Notes under the pieces: generated by a model
Database searches by the model: none
What the model was told of the DNA's origin: nothing
The model's input: only the letters and a program-made list of their open reading frames with translations
Made by a program: the position numbers and the translations under genes
Source: the human T2T-CHM13v2.0 reference genome, Homo sapiens
NCBI RefSeq assembly: GCF_009914755.1
Contig: NC_060936.1
Reading direction: 5' to 3' (one strand)
Length of the DNA stretch: 64,000 nt
Shown: piece after piece, positions 29,166 to 44,070 of the stretch
Layout: every line of letters begins with the position of its first letter
How positions within the stretch are numbered: position 1 is the first letter of the stretch

Positions 29166-30559
29166 TCAAATGGGTTTATTTTTAACATATGTGATAACAT
29201 AGCCCAGTGGGTATTCTAAAACGTAGTTTAAATGTTGTAAAAATGATAATTTAATTAGTCACTGGCAAGTAGATAATATTCTTAAATAGAGAGCAACTAA
29301 AATTCACACTTTTTTGTAGTTATTCTTTCTGTAAAATTATTAATAATTAGGCAATATATTAGAGAGATTGTTTTCACTGTTATATTTCAAAAGTAGTATT
29401 TCAAATCATTGCATAAAGTAACTGAAGAACAATTTAAATGCCACTTTAAAATTTTTTTCCATTTTATCCATTTCTATACATTTAGATTATCTTGACAATG
29501 GTATTCATGGTTGTAAAAAAGGAAAAGCTGATGGAAAAAGTTGAATATAGAAATTATGTGGGAAGTAAAGAAATCTTCCTTTTTATTCATACTTTTCGCA
29601 TAAAAGGGATTTAGCAAGTAAAAAGGGCATTTGGGGTTTGGTTTGGTTTTGTTCTTTTAGCCCTAGGAGATAAAATACAAAACTCATTGGCAAGGTTTTA
29701 GATTAAATAAAAGACAGTATTTACATACTTTATGTCACCCACTCAAAAATGGGTATTTTCTTTTGATTTTGCTTTAGTTAAGGAAAGAGCGATTAGTGTG
29801 AAAAAAAATGTATGGTGGAGAAAAAATTTTGCAAAGGAAATCTTTCTTAAGTTGCAATGTGACTATGCACAGCAGTTTGAGCAGCACAACATGTAATTTT
29901 GTTCTAGTAAACATATCTCTTACCTACTTGTAGCTGCTTTAACTCACAAACACCTGTCAGAAACTGAGTTCTTCCTTAATTTTCAGTGATAGGTGTCTCT
30001 ACGTTGAAGAAAATGGTTCCTATTTCTTTCTGCAGTTGTGCAAAGATGAGGCTGCTGTAGCACCTGGGCTTTCATATTGCAAGGGAGCCTAAATAGTGGC
30101 AATATTTGAAAGGCGGAAAGGGAGGAATATGTATAGATCTCTTCCAAAGCCCTTTCCGTAGTCCTTTTGATAATGAAAAAGAGTAAAGATCTAAGAATCT
30201 AAATGCTATATGAATGCCTTATGCTCTTCTATTTTTCAGAGGCGTTACCAACAACCATTTTCACTGACTTGTGTCTGAGGTAAAAGAACAGCTACATAAA
30301 GAACAAGTAATATGATATTCATGTTAGCTTCTATCCCCCTGATTTGTGTACTCTCTAGAGAAACAATTTGTATGCTTTTGAAGGGAAGAATTTTAGGATG
30401 ATATTTCCCAAAGCCTTAGCTTTTTTTAAAAAAAAAAAAGACAAAATAGACTTCTATGATTAGTAGAGGAATTGGTGGAAGAAGGGATTGGGAGATCTAG
30501 TGCTCATTAGGGCTTCACAAATACTCCAGGTCTTCACCTTCCAGACACGTAAGAGGATT

Positions 30560-31460
<901 letters not shown>

Positions 31461-32584
31461 TGTGTATCTGTGTACAGCAGTTGTGTACTCTGTTCCATCC
31501 TGGAACATAAAATCCTATGGAAATCCATAGGATTAAATTTTATGTTTTCTCTTTTGGATGTGCAATGTTGTATATTTTTTAAAGTACTTTCTCTACCAGT
31601 GTAATGGTGTGGATGGGGTATCTCTTAATCATAATTATCTTAATTCTTAACTGGGAAGCAAATGTAGCAGCTGATATTTTTCCTGCTTTGAATATCATAG
31701 TTATTAAAGTTTAACAAAAGGAACTTAGTTGTTTACCTCTGACCAGAGAAGAGTTAATCAACAAATGATTATTATCTTAATATACATTAAATATGGTATG
31801 GAGAGTAACATAATAATCATAAAAATACAATAAGGTAATAAAAAGACCTAAGAATCAGGGGAAATGTCAGGCAGAAGAGTTTTGGTAATAGTATTAGTAA
31901 CTAGTAGTTTGACGTCCTCTACAGAGCAACTCATTTGCCATTATTAAGTGAAAGTGAATTATTATTTGTTTTATGAGCCATGGTTCAAAACTAAGGGATG
32001 TGGAGAGTGCAGGTGAGGGTTCATCTGAGACAAGTTGAGACCTGTGACAGTCCCCATTGATGAGCAGTCTCTTTCTGGGATTAGGCTGCTACCATTGCCC
32101 AGATCCAGCGTGAATTCCCCTCAGCACTGCTGGTTACATAGTGCCAGCTCTTGTTTTCAAAATATCTTTTTTCTTCATTTCCCCTGCTGTCCAGAGCTCC
32201 CTTTGTGTGTGCCTTCTTTCTTTAGAATAAGGGATAAATGCATTAAATATATTGACGGTTGAAATGCTTTGATGTTTGTTTTTGCACCAAGGAAGTTTTC
32301 TGACAAACTAGAGGTAGAATCTATAGGCAGGTGTCACAGGTCAGATGAGTCAGTCTCTGAATTAGTTCTCACAAAAGTTAAATAAAACCTGATTATAATG
32401 GCTGGGCATATGAGTGACTCGTATTCCAGAAACCAAAGAGGAACCAATGTCTCTATGTGTAAGCTGGACAAAGCTTTGCTATTAAGTCAGAGAAAAATAC
32501 ATGCTTACCTTATTTATATATTTGTTCATATTGATATCTTTCAATTGTGTTAGTCCTTCTGGGAATGTAATATGGAACAAGAAA

Positions 32585-33360
<776 letters not shown>

Positions 33361-34879
33361 GTTGCACCCAGACATAGAAAGACATTTAACCTATCAGACA
33401 TATGAGACATATTACCTATCAGTCATTACCTCTGTAGTGAAGTCTCCTTATAATCTCCTTATAATTCTATTCTAGGGCAACTATCATTCAGTGCTTCCTG
33501 TATTCCTGGTACTGGGCTTTTCACATTCGTTGTTTCCTTTAATCCACACTGCCACTCTTCATGGTAATTATCATTATTAGCTGTATTTTAAAGACAAAAA
33601 TCTGCTGTTTAAGTTGCATAGCTAGTGAACCTGGGAATCCAGTGTGGGCAGAGCTTGCACAGTACTGCACTGTATGGCGACAGTTATTCTAAGATTTTAA
33701 GATATTTAACATATTTAAAAATGATTAATCATATTTTCAACAAATGTATTTACTATAACCCTTTCTTTCTCCTTGCAAATGAATTTGGGTTATGTAAAGG
33801 AAGACAAAATATCCAGGAAACCCTTGGAGTTTATCTACTTATGTTCTATTACCCTTTTATTATTGACAAAGAAATTGAAACAAAAATAAGTTACTTGTCT
33901 AAGCACAAAATTAATGTTTCTGTGGCAGTGAGCACCCAGGACTACTGATTCCTGGTCTAGCAGACTTTTGACTATTTCACATTAACTCCCTATATTCTTT
34001 GTTGTTGTTGTTTGTATGAAAGAGTCAATAAAATTGAAACTAAAAGAATTTGCTGATGATTAGATATATTGAGATAACAACTCTTTTAAGTCAGTAGTAA
34101 CAATCAGAACATTCTGTGTAGTTTAACTTGATATAATTGTATATCATTTTCTCTCAATTATGGAGGTTAAGCAAGAAAAAGATGTACAGTATATAGTTCA
34201 ATTTGCCAGTAAAACATGATGTATTACCAGAAACTTCACTTAATTTCACATATAAAAAGCCAGTTGCTGTTATTTTTATTTTGTTTATCTTCAGGGTTTT
34301 CAGGGGCTTAATTTCTTTAAAACATATTTGCAAGGTTGAAATTAAATACTATAGTTGATGTCCTAAATGTTGGCTATATTAAGCACAACAAAAGCCCAGC
34401 ATTTTATTGGGGACACTAGAAGTAATAAGATACTACACATTATAGCTACTCAAATAATAACTGTACTCCTTGGAAAATAATGAGTTCATTGTTCCTGCCA
34501 AAAGCATCTACTAGGGAGATAACATTCCAGCATTGGTTGCAAGAACAGTTGGTATCTAAAGTTCTTTGCATTCTAAAATAATATAATTCTGGGTAGTCTA
34601 TTTCCTTGTCTAAGGTCATCTATGTGTTCAGACAAACATGAAGTCTTCAGTATAATGATTAAAACAACTCAAAGTAACATCCTAAGAAAATGTTAAATTA
34701 GTTTTAGCATGCTCATTCCATAGAACACAATCTAGCCACTATCTTTTCACTATCTTTGGAAAGATATTTAATGACATGGGAGGTGGAGAAAAAAAGATAC
34801 TAATGTAGGTATCTTTAGAAAACAGTGTGTTGACTGGGAATTTTAAGAATTAATATGAAGGGAACTAGACATGCACAAC

Positions 34880-35870
34880 TGTATTCTAGTTGGTAGAGTT
34901 ATTTCTCATGGGGTTACCAGTTAACAACTCTGAGCTTGCTTTACATGTTTGCTAGAATTGATTGATGAGTAAATGAATGGTAGATGACAGAATCCAGATT
35001 TCTCACTGTCAAAGACTGAAGTTAACAGAGAAGCAAGGGGTTGGGGACAAACTATAATCAACAATGTGGTACTGGATTAGAGACAGAGACATCAGTATGA
35101 ATTCATGTTTAGCTTAATACATAGAAAGATGGATAGTTACAAGGATAATTTTAGCTATGTTTGTATATAGCTCATTCTAACATAGAAAGATGGATAGTTA
35201 CAGGGATAATTGTAGCTATGTTTGTATATAGCTCACTCTATCTGCTGAGAGAGCTTAGATAGAATAATACCTCAGTGGTAATAAGCACACCCCCTACCCA
35301 GATCTTGGTCTCTGACATCATTCTCCAATAAAAGGAACCAGGGCTCTTTGGAGAAATGACTGATTCTAAATCTGGGGTAGAGAATATAGAAGATGATCCT
35401 GCAGCATCGTGTCATGCCAGAAAGTAAGGAAGTGTTCAAAAAACAGAATGATGGAGCATTTCAAAGGGATGCAAGAGTCAACCCAAAAGAAGTCTCAATG
35501 GCCAAAGCTAGAGAAATTTGGTCAACAAAATGAATTACATAGTATTAGATTATAACCCAAACTATCAAGTACTCATGAGTTCATACTTAGATAAAAATGA
35601 TTAAATAAATAAGTAAATTGGAAAGAAGAGACAAATCTCCTGTACAGAAGAATTTACATAATTTATGTAGATATTCCTGTCCTCAAGATGGTGAAGCTTA
35701 ACTCCCCACCCCTTGAGTATGAACTGAACTTTGTGACTTGCTTCCAAAGAATAGACTGTGGAAAGTGGCGGAAAGTAGCTTTACAGTAGAGAAATCTGAC
35801 AAACATTACCTTGACCTTGTGATGAAACTTAAAGTTATCAGTGATAAGTCATGTTGATAGAATGTAGGTT
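34880..35870 (+). mobile_element. L1MC-type 3' UTR fragment
   Basis: ccagatttctcactgt.., attctccaataaaaggaaccagggctc.., gtgacttgcttccaaaga.., gtgataagtcatgttgatag. Confidence 0.7.
35119..35240. repeat. 61-bp tandem duplication (2 copies, 3 mismatches)
   Basis: acatagaaagatggatagttaca..gctca(t/c)tcta starting at 35119 and 35180. Confidence 0.92.
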
Positions 35871-36375
35871 ATACATCTGTACCATAAAAATGCTGTACCA
35901 TTATAAATATTTTATATCTATTTGGGCCCAATTTTTAAAATACTGTATCCTAGTTAGAATAGAAAGATAAAAGAGAAGGCCATCTAAGGGGGCTTCTCCC
36001 AAATTATTCATTAATGTTCAGTTGTTTATAGCAGAAGATTTTGTTGTTGCCTACTTATGCATAAACCTCAAGGCTGTAGCAACCACTCTCTTATAGCCAG
36101 TGTGTGTGCCCTAGCATAAGCTTCTAACTATGGACTATTTCTTTACTGATATCATTCAGTATAGGGATAAATCAAATGTGCAAAAAGTTAGAATAAATTT
36201 GTGATCTGTAGTTGATCATGTCTTCCTCATGAGCATCCACCTAGCTGCTATAATGTGGGATATAGGGGTTCATCACAAAATTTTAAATTAGTAATTAATG
36301 ATATCTGTGAAACTTTTGTCTAAATGGTATCTTTCAGAGAACTCAGTCTTATTTGGTTAAGTCTATTTTGAATAA

Positions 36376-36775
<400 letters not shown>

Positions 36776-37746
36776 TGATGGTCTCAACTGTTCATTTAGC
36801 CTTACTCATGGACAGTGATGGTTGAAGTCCAGCTTCCTGTTTGATCTTTTAATTCCTAGCCTTGTGTCTCTGGTCATGAATTCCACTCACCTACCCCTCC
36901 CTTCAGGTCCCCACAGTCCAGGGACTTAGTCTTGGACTGCTGGGACCTAAAGGGTCTTTGAATCCAGGCCTTTGCAGTCTTCTCATCACCTTTGCATCCT
37001 CTTAGTGAATGCAGGAACTTCTGGGTCATCTGCAGGACTTTGTGGCATTGGCAGAGAGAAAAGGAGGGCATCCAGAGCTTTCTCAGTCTCCTGTGCCTAC
37101 CTATATCCATTTACAAATGCCCTAGACTGTGATAATCATTCTTTTATAGGAAAGACCTGCCATCTCCCTTGGGCTACAGTCAGAGAAGCCCTGATGCACC
37201 TTGAGTGCCTTCATGTGAATCTTGTCACTTCTACATATCACCACTCCCTCCTTAAAGTAGATGCTGGTGGTATAGGGGAATAAGATCCTTGCTGTCTGGC
37301 TTTCTCACTCTTCTATCCCTCTTTTGCTGCCTCTAGGTGGAAGGGAAGATTTCCTCCATTTTCATGGGCAGGAGTTTCTTTTACATTGTGTCCATCCTGC
37401 CTATTCTCTCCACCTCTGTGGTCAGGTCAGTCAGGCCTCTTGATATAGTAGCTCTGAGATGTTAGAAATTAGGAACTACCAAGGAATAATGTATTGGCTT
37501 AATAGTTCCAAAACAGAATCCCCATTACATCTCTATAGCAAGTAGTGCTATAATGCCACAAACTAGGCTTTCTAGCAATATAAATCTTTCCAGAATGCTA
37601 CATTCTCTAAATCACATGTTTTGGTGGTTATAGATCCAGGAAGGTGTTGAAACTATTTAATAGTAAGTGTGAACCCTGATAAAAAAGTCATAAACCAAGA
37701 ATTCAAAAACTTTTCCTTTTTTTTTTTTTTTAGTGCTAGTCTTCTT

Positions 37747-37930
37747 CTTTTAACTTTTATTTTAAGTTGAGGGGTACAAGTGCAGGTTTGTTACATAGGT
37801 AAATTTGTGTCATGGGGTTTGTTGTACAGATTATTTCAGTCACCTAGGTATTAAGCCTAGTATCCATTAGTTGTTTTTCCTGATCTCTCCCTCTTCCTAC
37901 CCTCCACCCTGCAAAATGCCCCAGTGTGTG
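37747..37930 (-). mobile_element. Short L1PA 3' end
   Basis: ttttaacttttattttaagttgaggggtacaagtgcaggtttgttacataggtaaa..ccccagtgtgtg. Confidence 0.88.
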
Positions 37931-39201
37931 AACACATAGATGAATAGAAGGGAAAGATTTTTTTTTTTTAACCTTTCTTTTCAGTCCTCAGTTCTTGGGC
38001 CATTCCATATGAATTTCTTTACACGAAGTTCTCCTTTTTCAGCATTATCATCCCAGTGTTTCTGTAGATGACTTGAGCCTTTCCCCCATACCAGACCTTA
38101 CTCAACCCCCCAGACCTTACTCAACCCCCATACCAGACCTTCTCCCTTCATGGTGGCTTCTACCTAGATCATCATTTGGAACTAGATCCCTCAGTTTGTA
38201 TGACTATTTGATGGAGTCTCTTTCTTACCCCCAAAGTAGAAATTTACTTATTTTGTACACATGGTTTCAAAACAAAGGCTATTAAGAGTGTTCTGCTTTT
38301 CTCCAAATTGGCACTTCCTTTGCTCCTAAGAATAGGCTGCTCACATTTTAAACCAAAGCACCCTCTTCTATATAAACTATGAGTTTTTCCAAGTTTTAGG
38401 GTCCTGTTTCCTGCTATTCAGATTGGAGTTTCACCTCAGTTAACTAACTCAGCCAACCAGAGCTTATACAGGCTGACTTGTGAGGTCCTAAAGCAAACCA
38501 ATGCAAAAAACAGAAATTCAGGTCAATGATAAGCAAAAATACCAAAGCTGCCAAGAGAAGCTTCTGAAAAGTATAATTGTTTGCCTCGTTCTGCCAATTG
38601 GCTTGGCCCTTCCAGAAGATAAAGAATTTCTGGGATGTGATCCATCATCCTGGCTGTCAATCTACTGCGCTTCCATATTTTATTAACTCTGTGTGGGCTT
38701 TTACTGTACTCTCCTTTTTTGGTAAACATTCTTCCCCACCATGTCCTAGCCCTTATAGCTTCCCTTCTAATATGAAGAAAAGACCTTTAACTTCATTCTC
38801 ATCCCATGTTTACCTGTCTCTGCCTTGATTCTCTTACACACACCCACACACACACATGCACAACCTCATATATGCACACACCCAAGCATGCACATACAAA
38901 CATATATTGGATTGATTATAAGCCTTGATTCACTACAGTTTTAGTATTAGCCCATGCAAGACCATCTTTTATCTATACATCTTTGTATCAATATTAGGCG
39001 TTAGAGATTTTATTTGTTAATCTGCCCAAGAACCCAAAATATACAAGTTCTTTAAATTAGACCTTTTTGTCCCATCTATACTTAATCTGCAGATTCATTG
39101 ATGACTCTTCTCTACATCCTTCATCTGTGCCAACTCTAGCACAAAGGGGAACCAGGGATGAGTAATGATTTTTTTTTTTTAGTTTTTCTTTGCTTTCTTT
39201 G

Positions 39202-39260
39202 TCTTCTTCTTCTCCTTCTCCTCCTTCTCCTCCTTCTCTTCCTCCTCCTCCTCCTCCTTC
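39202..39260. repeat. (CTT)n/(CTC)n polypyrimidine microsatellite
   Basis: Direct reading. Confidence 0.9.
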
Positions 39261-41187
39261 ATGTTAATATAAAAGGAAATTACCTTTGGCAAAATGCCAA
39301 GTATTGGAAAGCATGTGAAGCAGGATGTGAAAGTCACTGGGAGCTTATTTTTTGTCTCTGAAACTCTATCGCCATGTAAGTGTGGTCCCCCAATCGCTTG
39401 ATCTGTAAAGCAGGTTTTGCTTTTGAATACCCTTTTAGTAAATAAACTACCCCAGAGGCAATGAGATTTTGCTATAAGAAATCAGTGAGTGCAGGTGTCA
39501 TTGTATGGTAAACTGGTAATTTAAAAAAATCACCATAATTTTGCTCTCCCCAAGCCCATTCATTTCAGTCTTCCTCAGCTCTCTTCCCAACCTCCCCAAA
39601 GCCGCGTCTGGAAAGCCTGGGGTAGAGAGACCACAGTAACTCCAGGCTTCTATGCAGCATCTGCCCTTTTCCCCTTCCATAAGGAATGAGAATGCTGAGC
39701 TCAGTGCCTGTAGATATGCATGATTTATTCATACTTGCAGTCTTGATGAGAATCACTGAATGCTGCATTTTCTTGATACAGTATTTTTATGTGTCTTCAT
39801 GTTAGAGTGGCAATTTGGGGTAAAGAAAGGAACAAAGACTATATGTCAAAGAAAAATACTTAGTATACTTTATTCAGTTGAGAAAGAACATACAACTTTT
39901 AGGTTTCCCCTCACACTTCTAAAATATAGTTGGCTGGGATTCTCTTGTAATATACCATGAAGTAACATAGTGCTTAATGAAATGAAATTTGAGTATCACA
40001 GAGAGGAAATGATGAGCCAAGAAACTGCCATGAAACTACATTAAAATGTACTTGGCATACATCTGAATTACCGCAGTTGCATTGCAAAAATAGTGCAGTG
40101 ATACAGTTTCTGGAATTAAAAGAACAGCATGTTGCCAAGGTTGAAACTATCAAAGGCAATTTAGTATGTTTTTTTCTCTATGAATAAATGAACGGATTTT
40201 TTTCCTTTTAGCATAAGATGATTACATATAGAATCATATAATCTGAATTCTAATTTCACACCTACATTATATGAAGATACTTTTATCATTTTTCCCATTA
40301 AACAATTTTAGTATATAAACATCTTAATCAGTGACTTTACCACAGTATATTTTTTAATGTAAAATATGGTAATGCCAACTGCAGGTCTCTGAGGTTAATG
40401 AATTGGACACTTAGCATCATTGCTTCTTATAAATCCGTCCTCGCTGTAGCAGATTCCAGTTAAGCTGTCCATGATTTTCTGCACTATGGAAGTATTATTT
40501 AACAAATTTGTGTCCACAGTGGATTAAAGTTACTGGACTGGGTTTGGAGAAGGAAGGGTACTAACATCTCTGAGACTCTCTACTAAGACTGGTGCCTTAA
40601 ATATATACTCACACTTAACTTGTAACAGCCCTGTGAGATAGATGTTACAATCACTGTTGTATGAGGAAGAAACTCAATTTATCTGACTAACGTCGCAAAA
40701 ACAGTTTTAAACACCCATACACATGTTCATTTCGCCCCATCATGCAGCTTATAGACTCTACATTTACATGGCGCTCTAACTGTTTAATAAAATAAATAGC
40801 AAAAATTAATACAGCTCCTGAGGAAAACATTTTCCCCCTTTGGGGGAACCACCATGATTTCTTAGAGAACCAGGCAGAATTGCTACCACTATTTATTTAG
40901 AAATTTTTCTTCTTGCACCTGTTTCACAATCTGTTCAGGTCTCATGGCCATCTTTTCCATGTAAGTGGTTATTGACTGAGAAGTCATCTCTCTGGATAAG
41001 AATGGGATCACTGGGGCAGAGATAAAGGTCACCAGAAATGCCCTTGAAATAGCATGGTGATAGAATTAATTATTTCTTTTAAATAAGGTATAATAACCAT
41101 TAGACCTCTGGGTTCAGTATCATAGCTTCTCATCTATCCTGAAGTAGGGAGAGTTTACCTCATTTATATCCCAATAAACTATAAATA

Positions 41188-41190
41188 TAA

Positions 41191-41222
<32 letters not shown>
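41188..41222. repeat. (TA)n(TG)n microsatellite
   Basis: Direct reading. Confidence 0.92.
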
Positions 41223-41241
41223 ACACATATAATATACATGT

Positions 41242-41623
41242 TGTTATGGGCTGAATTTATATCCCCCAAATTCACATGTTGAAGTCCTAATGCCTCAGAA
41301 TGTAACTGTATTTGGAGGTTGGGACTTCAAAGAGGTGATAAGGTAAAATGAAGCCATTAGAGTGGGCCCTAGTCTGATATGACTGGTGTCCGTATAAGAA
41401 GGTGAAATTAGGATACAGACACACACAGAGTGTAGATTATGTGAAGACACAGGGCAAAGACAGCCATCTATAAGCCAGGGAGAGAGGCCTCAGAAGAAGC
41501 CAACCCTGCCAACACCTTGATTTGAGGCTTCTAGCCCCTGGAATGGAGAGAAAATAAAGATCTGTTGTTTAGGCATCTAGTCTGTGGTACTTTGTTAGAG
41601 CAGCCCTAGCAGGCTCATATACA
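41242..41623 (+). mobile_element. MLT1B/C-like solo LTR
   Basis: tgttatgggctgaat..cccccaaattcacatgttgaagtccta..tgtggtactttgttagagcagccctagc..taca. Confidence 0.9.
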
Positions 41624-41922
41624 TGTGTAATATAAATACAATAAAAATTGGCCCAATTAATCCCAATCGCCAAAGCAACCAATTTTTTTTTTAAATAAGG
41701 AGTCAAGAAATACAAGCACAACTTCATTTCATGGATTTTCACAAAGGCAATTTCTAGGACCTGCATGCCTTTGGCTCAAGACATGGCTTAGGATTGGACT
41801 TGTTATGCTTTAATTCCCACATATTCACTATTTGCATTACAGGGTCATAGCAGTAACTTGATTTGCAAAAACATGACCCTGGGAACTTTATTATTTGCAG
41901 TCATGAAAGAAAAGATTCACCC

Positions 41923-42152
41923 TGCTTTGGGAGTCCAAGGCAGGCAGATTGCTTGTGCTCAGGAGTTTGAGACCAGCCTGGACAACATGGCAAAACCCCA
42001 TCTCTACAGAAATTAGCCAGGCATGGTGGCATGTACCTGTAGTCCCAACTACTTGGGAGGCTGAGGTGAGCAGATCACTTGAGCCTTGGAGGTTGAGGCT
42101 GAAATCATGCCACTGCACTCCAGCCTAGGTGACAGAGAGACCCTGTCTCAAA
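41923..42152 (+). mobile_element. 5'-truncated AluJ
   Basis: Begins near ctttgggag; aaaagattc on both flanks. Confidence 0.9.
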
Positions 42153-42409
42153 AAAGATTCTGTCATATGTAGTCTATTACACTTACAAAAGCAAGAAAAT
42201 GGATTATTTGATTTTACTTGCAAGTTGGAACAAAATGGGTTTTGGGGTTGGCTAGACAGCTCTTTCTGCCTAATCATGTGGTAAGGCAGAACAAACTTTA
42301 CTGAAAAGAAATCTCATACTTCTATATTTGAACAATAATTTTATTTTATATATGTCGCATTTTCATAGTGCTTTACAATGTAGAAAGGTCCTTTTTGAGC
42401 ATTGTCTCT

Positions 42410-44070
42410 GCTTCTGTGAAGCCTTCCCAGGCTCCTCCAATAGACTCAGCACCATGTGATTTCAAGTCCCTGTCTTACAGCATTCATGGCACTGTAGTTG
42501 TTTATTTCACATGTTGATCTCCTCAAGGGCAGTGACTAAGCCTGTTTAGATTTCTTTTCCCAAGGCCCAGGATAGATTCTGCCACACAGCATGTGGCTAC
42601 TAAATGTTTGTGGAGCATCTTATGCCTTTCCAGAACTACTATTTTTATAGCTGAAGAACGTGAGATCCAGAAAGTTTAATTGACAAGATGACTTAGAGAG
42701 AGACACAAAACCTGGAGGTTAAGGGTAGGGTGGGTTTGGGAGGGAGGGAGTGATAGGGGAGAGTTGGCAGCAGTCAGAGGTTAGATCATCTCAGGTGAAA
42801 AAATTTTGTTCTAAGAGAGATAGGAAGTGATGGACAGTTTTAAATAGAAGCACAATATGATTTCAATTACATTTTTAAAGATTGTTCTGGCTGCTGAGGG
42901 AAGCAAGAAGACCAATTAGGAAAGAGGGCATTGCAGTCACCCCGAGAGAGATCATGGTGACTTGAACTATAAAGGAAACAGAGGACATGAAAAAAAGTAG
43001 ATAGATTCTAGAAATGTTTTGGAAAGAAAACTTTGCTGACATTTTGTATGTGAGGGGCCTAATTATAAATTTGACAAATAGTTTTTACCTGTTAGGTGTC
43101 AGTGACTATTTGAGGTATCGAACATATGTGGAAAAAACAGATAAAGTACCTTCTGTCAGGACCTGCAGTTTACATTCTGGTGGAGTTATACAGACCTAAA
43201 TAAATAAAAGATCACCAGTCAATCAATAAATCCCATAATGGCATATGTCATAAAGAAGATAAAGCAATGTGGTGATCTGAAGAGACCACTTCAAATTATG
43301 AGCCAGGAAAATTCCCATGGATACCTAATCAGAGAACTGAATGACTGGAAGGAATGAGCCATGTGAAGGTCTAGGACAAAGCATCCCAAGTGCAGTATAT
43401 AGTTAATGCAAAGGCTCTGGGTGGGGATATGCTTGGCATGTTCCAAGAATAGAAAAAAAGGCCAGCATATCCTATAGGAAGTGAAAAAGGTGGAGGGTCA
43501 TTTGAGATATGGTCAGTCCAAGAAGTAGTGGGCAAGATGTGGTGTGGAGCCTGTGGGCCACACACAGGGTGTAGCAGAAACCCATTGTGAAATTTTAGGC
43601 AACTTTATAAAATGATTGCTCTAGTTGCTGTATGGAGAATGGATTATAGGAAGGCAGTACAATAAACAGGGATCTGGGCAAGACAGGGATGTTGGCTTGG
43701 ACGAAAGTGGCAGTGGTACAGGTGGAGAGATGTACATAGATTTGGAACATGTCTTATAGGGAAAATAGACATGAGGAGGAATGGAAAGAGGCTATCTCCA
43801 AAGATGACTTAACTTGTGGCCTTGAGCATCTAGTAATAGTGCCATTTAGAGATGGAAAAACTGGTGGAGGAGCAGGTTGGGAGAAGAGGATCAAGATTTC
43901 TCTTTGGACAGATGCCTGCTAGCCACCCAAGTTATGATGCCAAATTAGTTGATTATCAGAGAATGAAATGGGGAGAAATGTTTGAGCTTCAAGGTTTCTG
44001 GTCCCAGCAATGAAATGTTACATGTTAGATTGAGATGCCTATTAAACATCATGTTAGAGATATTAATGAA
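42410..44070. mobile_element. L2 fragments (sense about 42410-42610, antisense about 42760-44070)
   Basis: ctgtgaagccttccc..gggcag..taaatgtttg; antisense L2 motifs ttttaaagattgttctggctgctg, aaggaatgagccatgtgaag, ttgagatgcctattaaacatc. Confidence 0.7.

Noticed and set aside
39158-39361. Poly-Leu ORF resembling a signal peptide
   Set aside because: Produced by the (CTT/CTC)n microsatellite.
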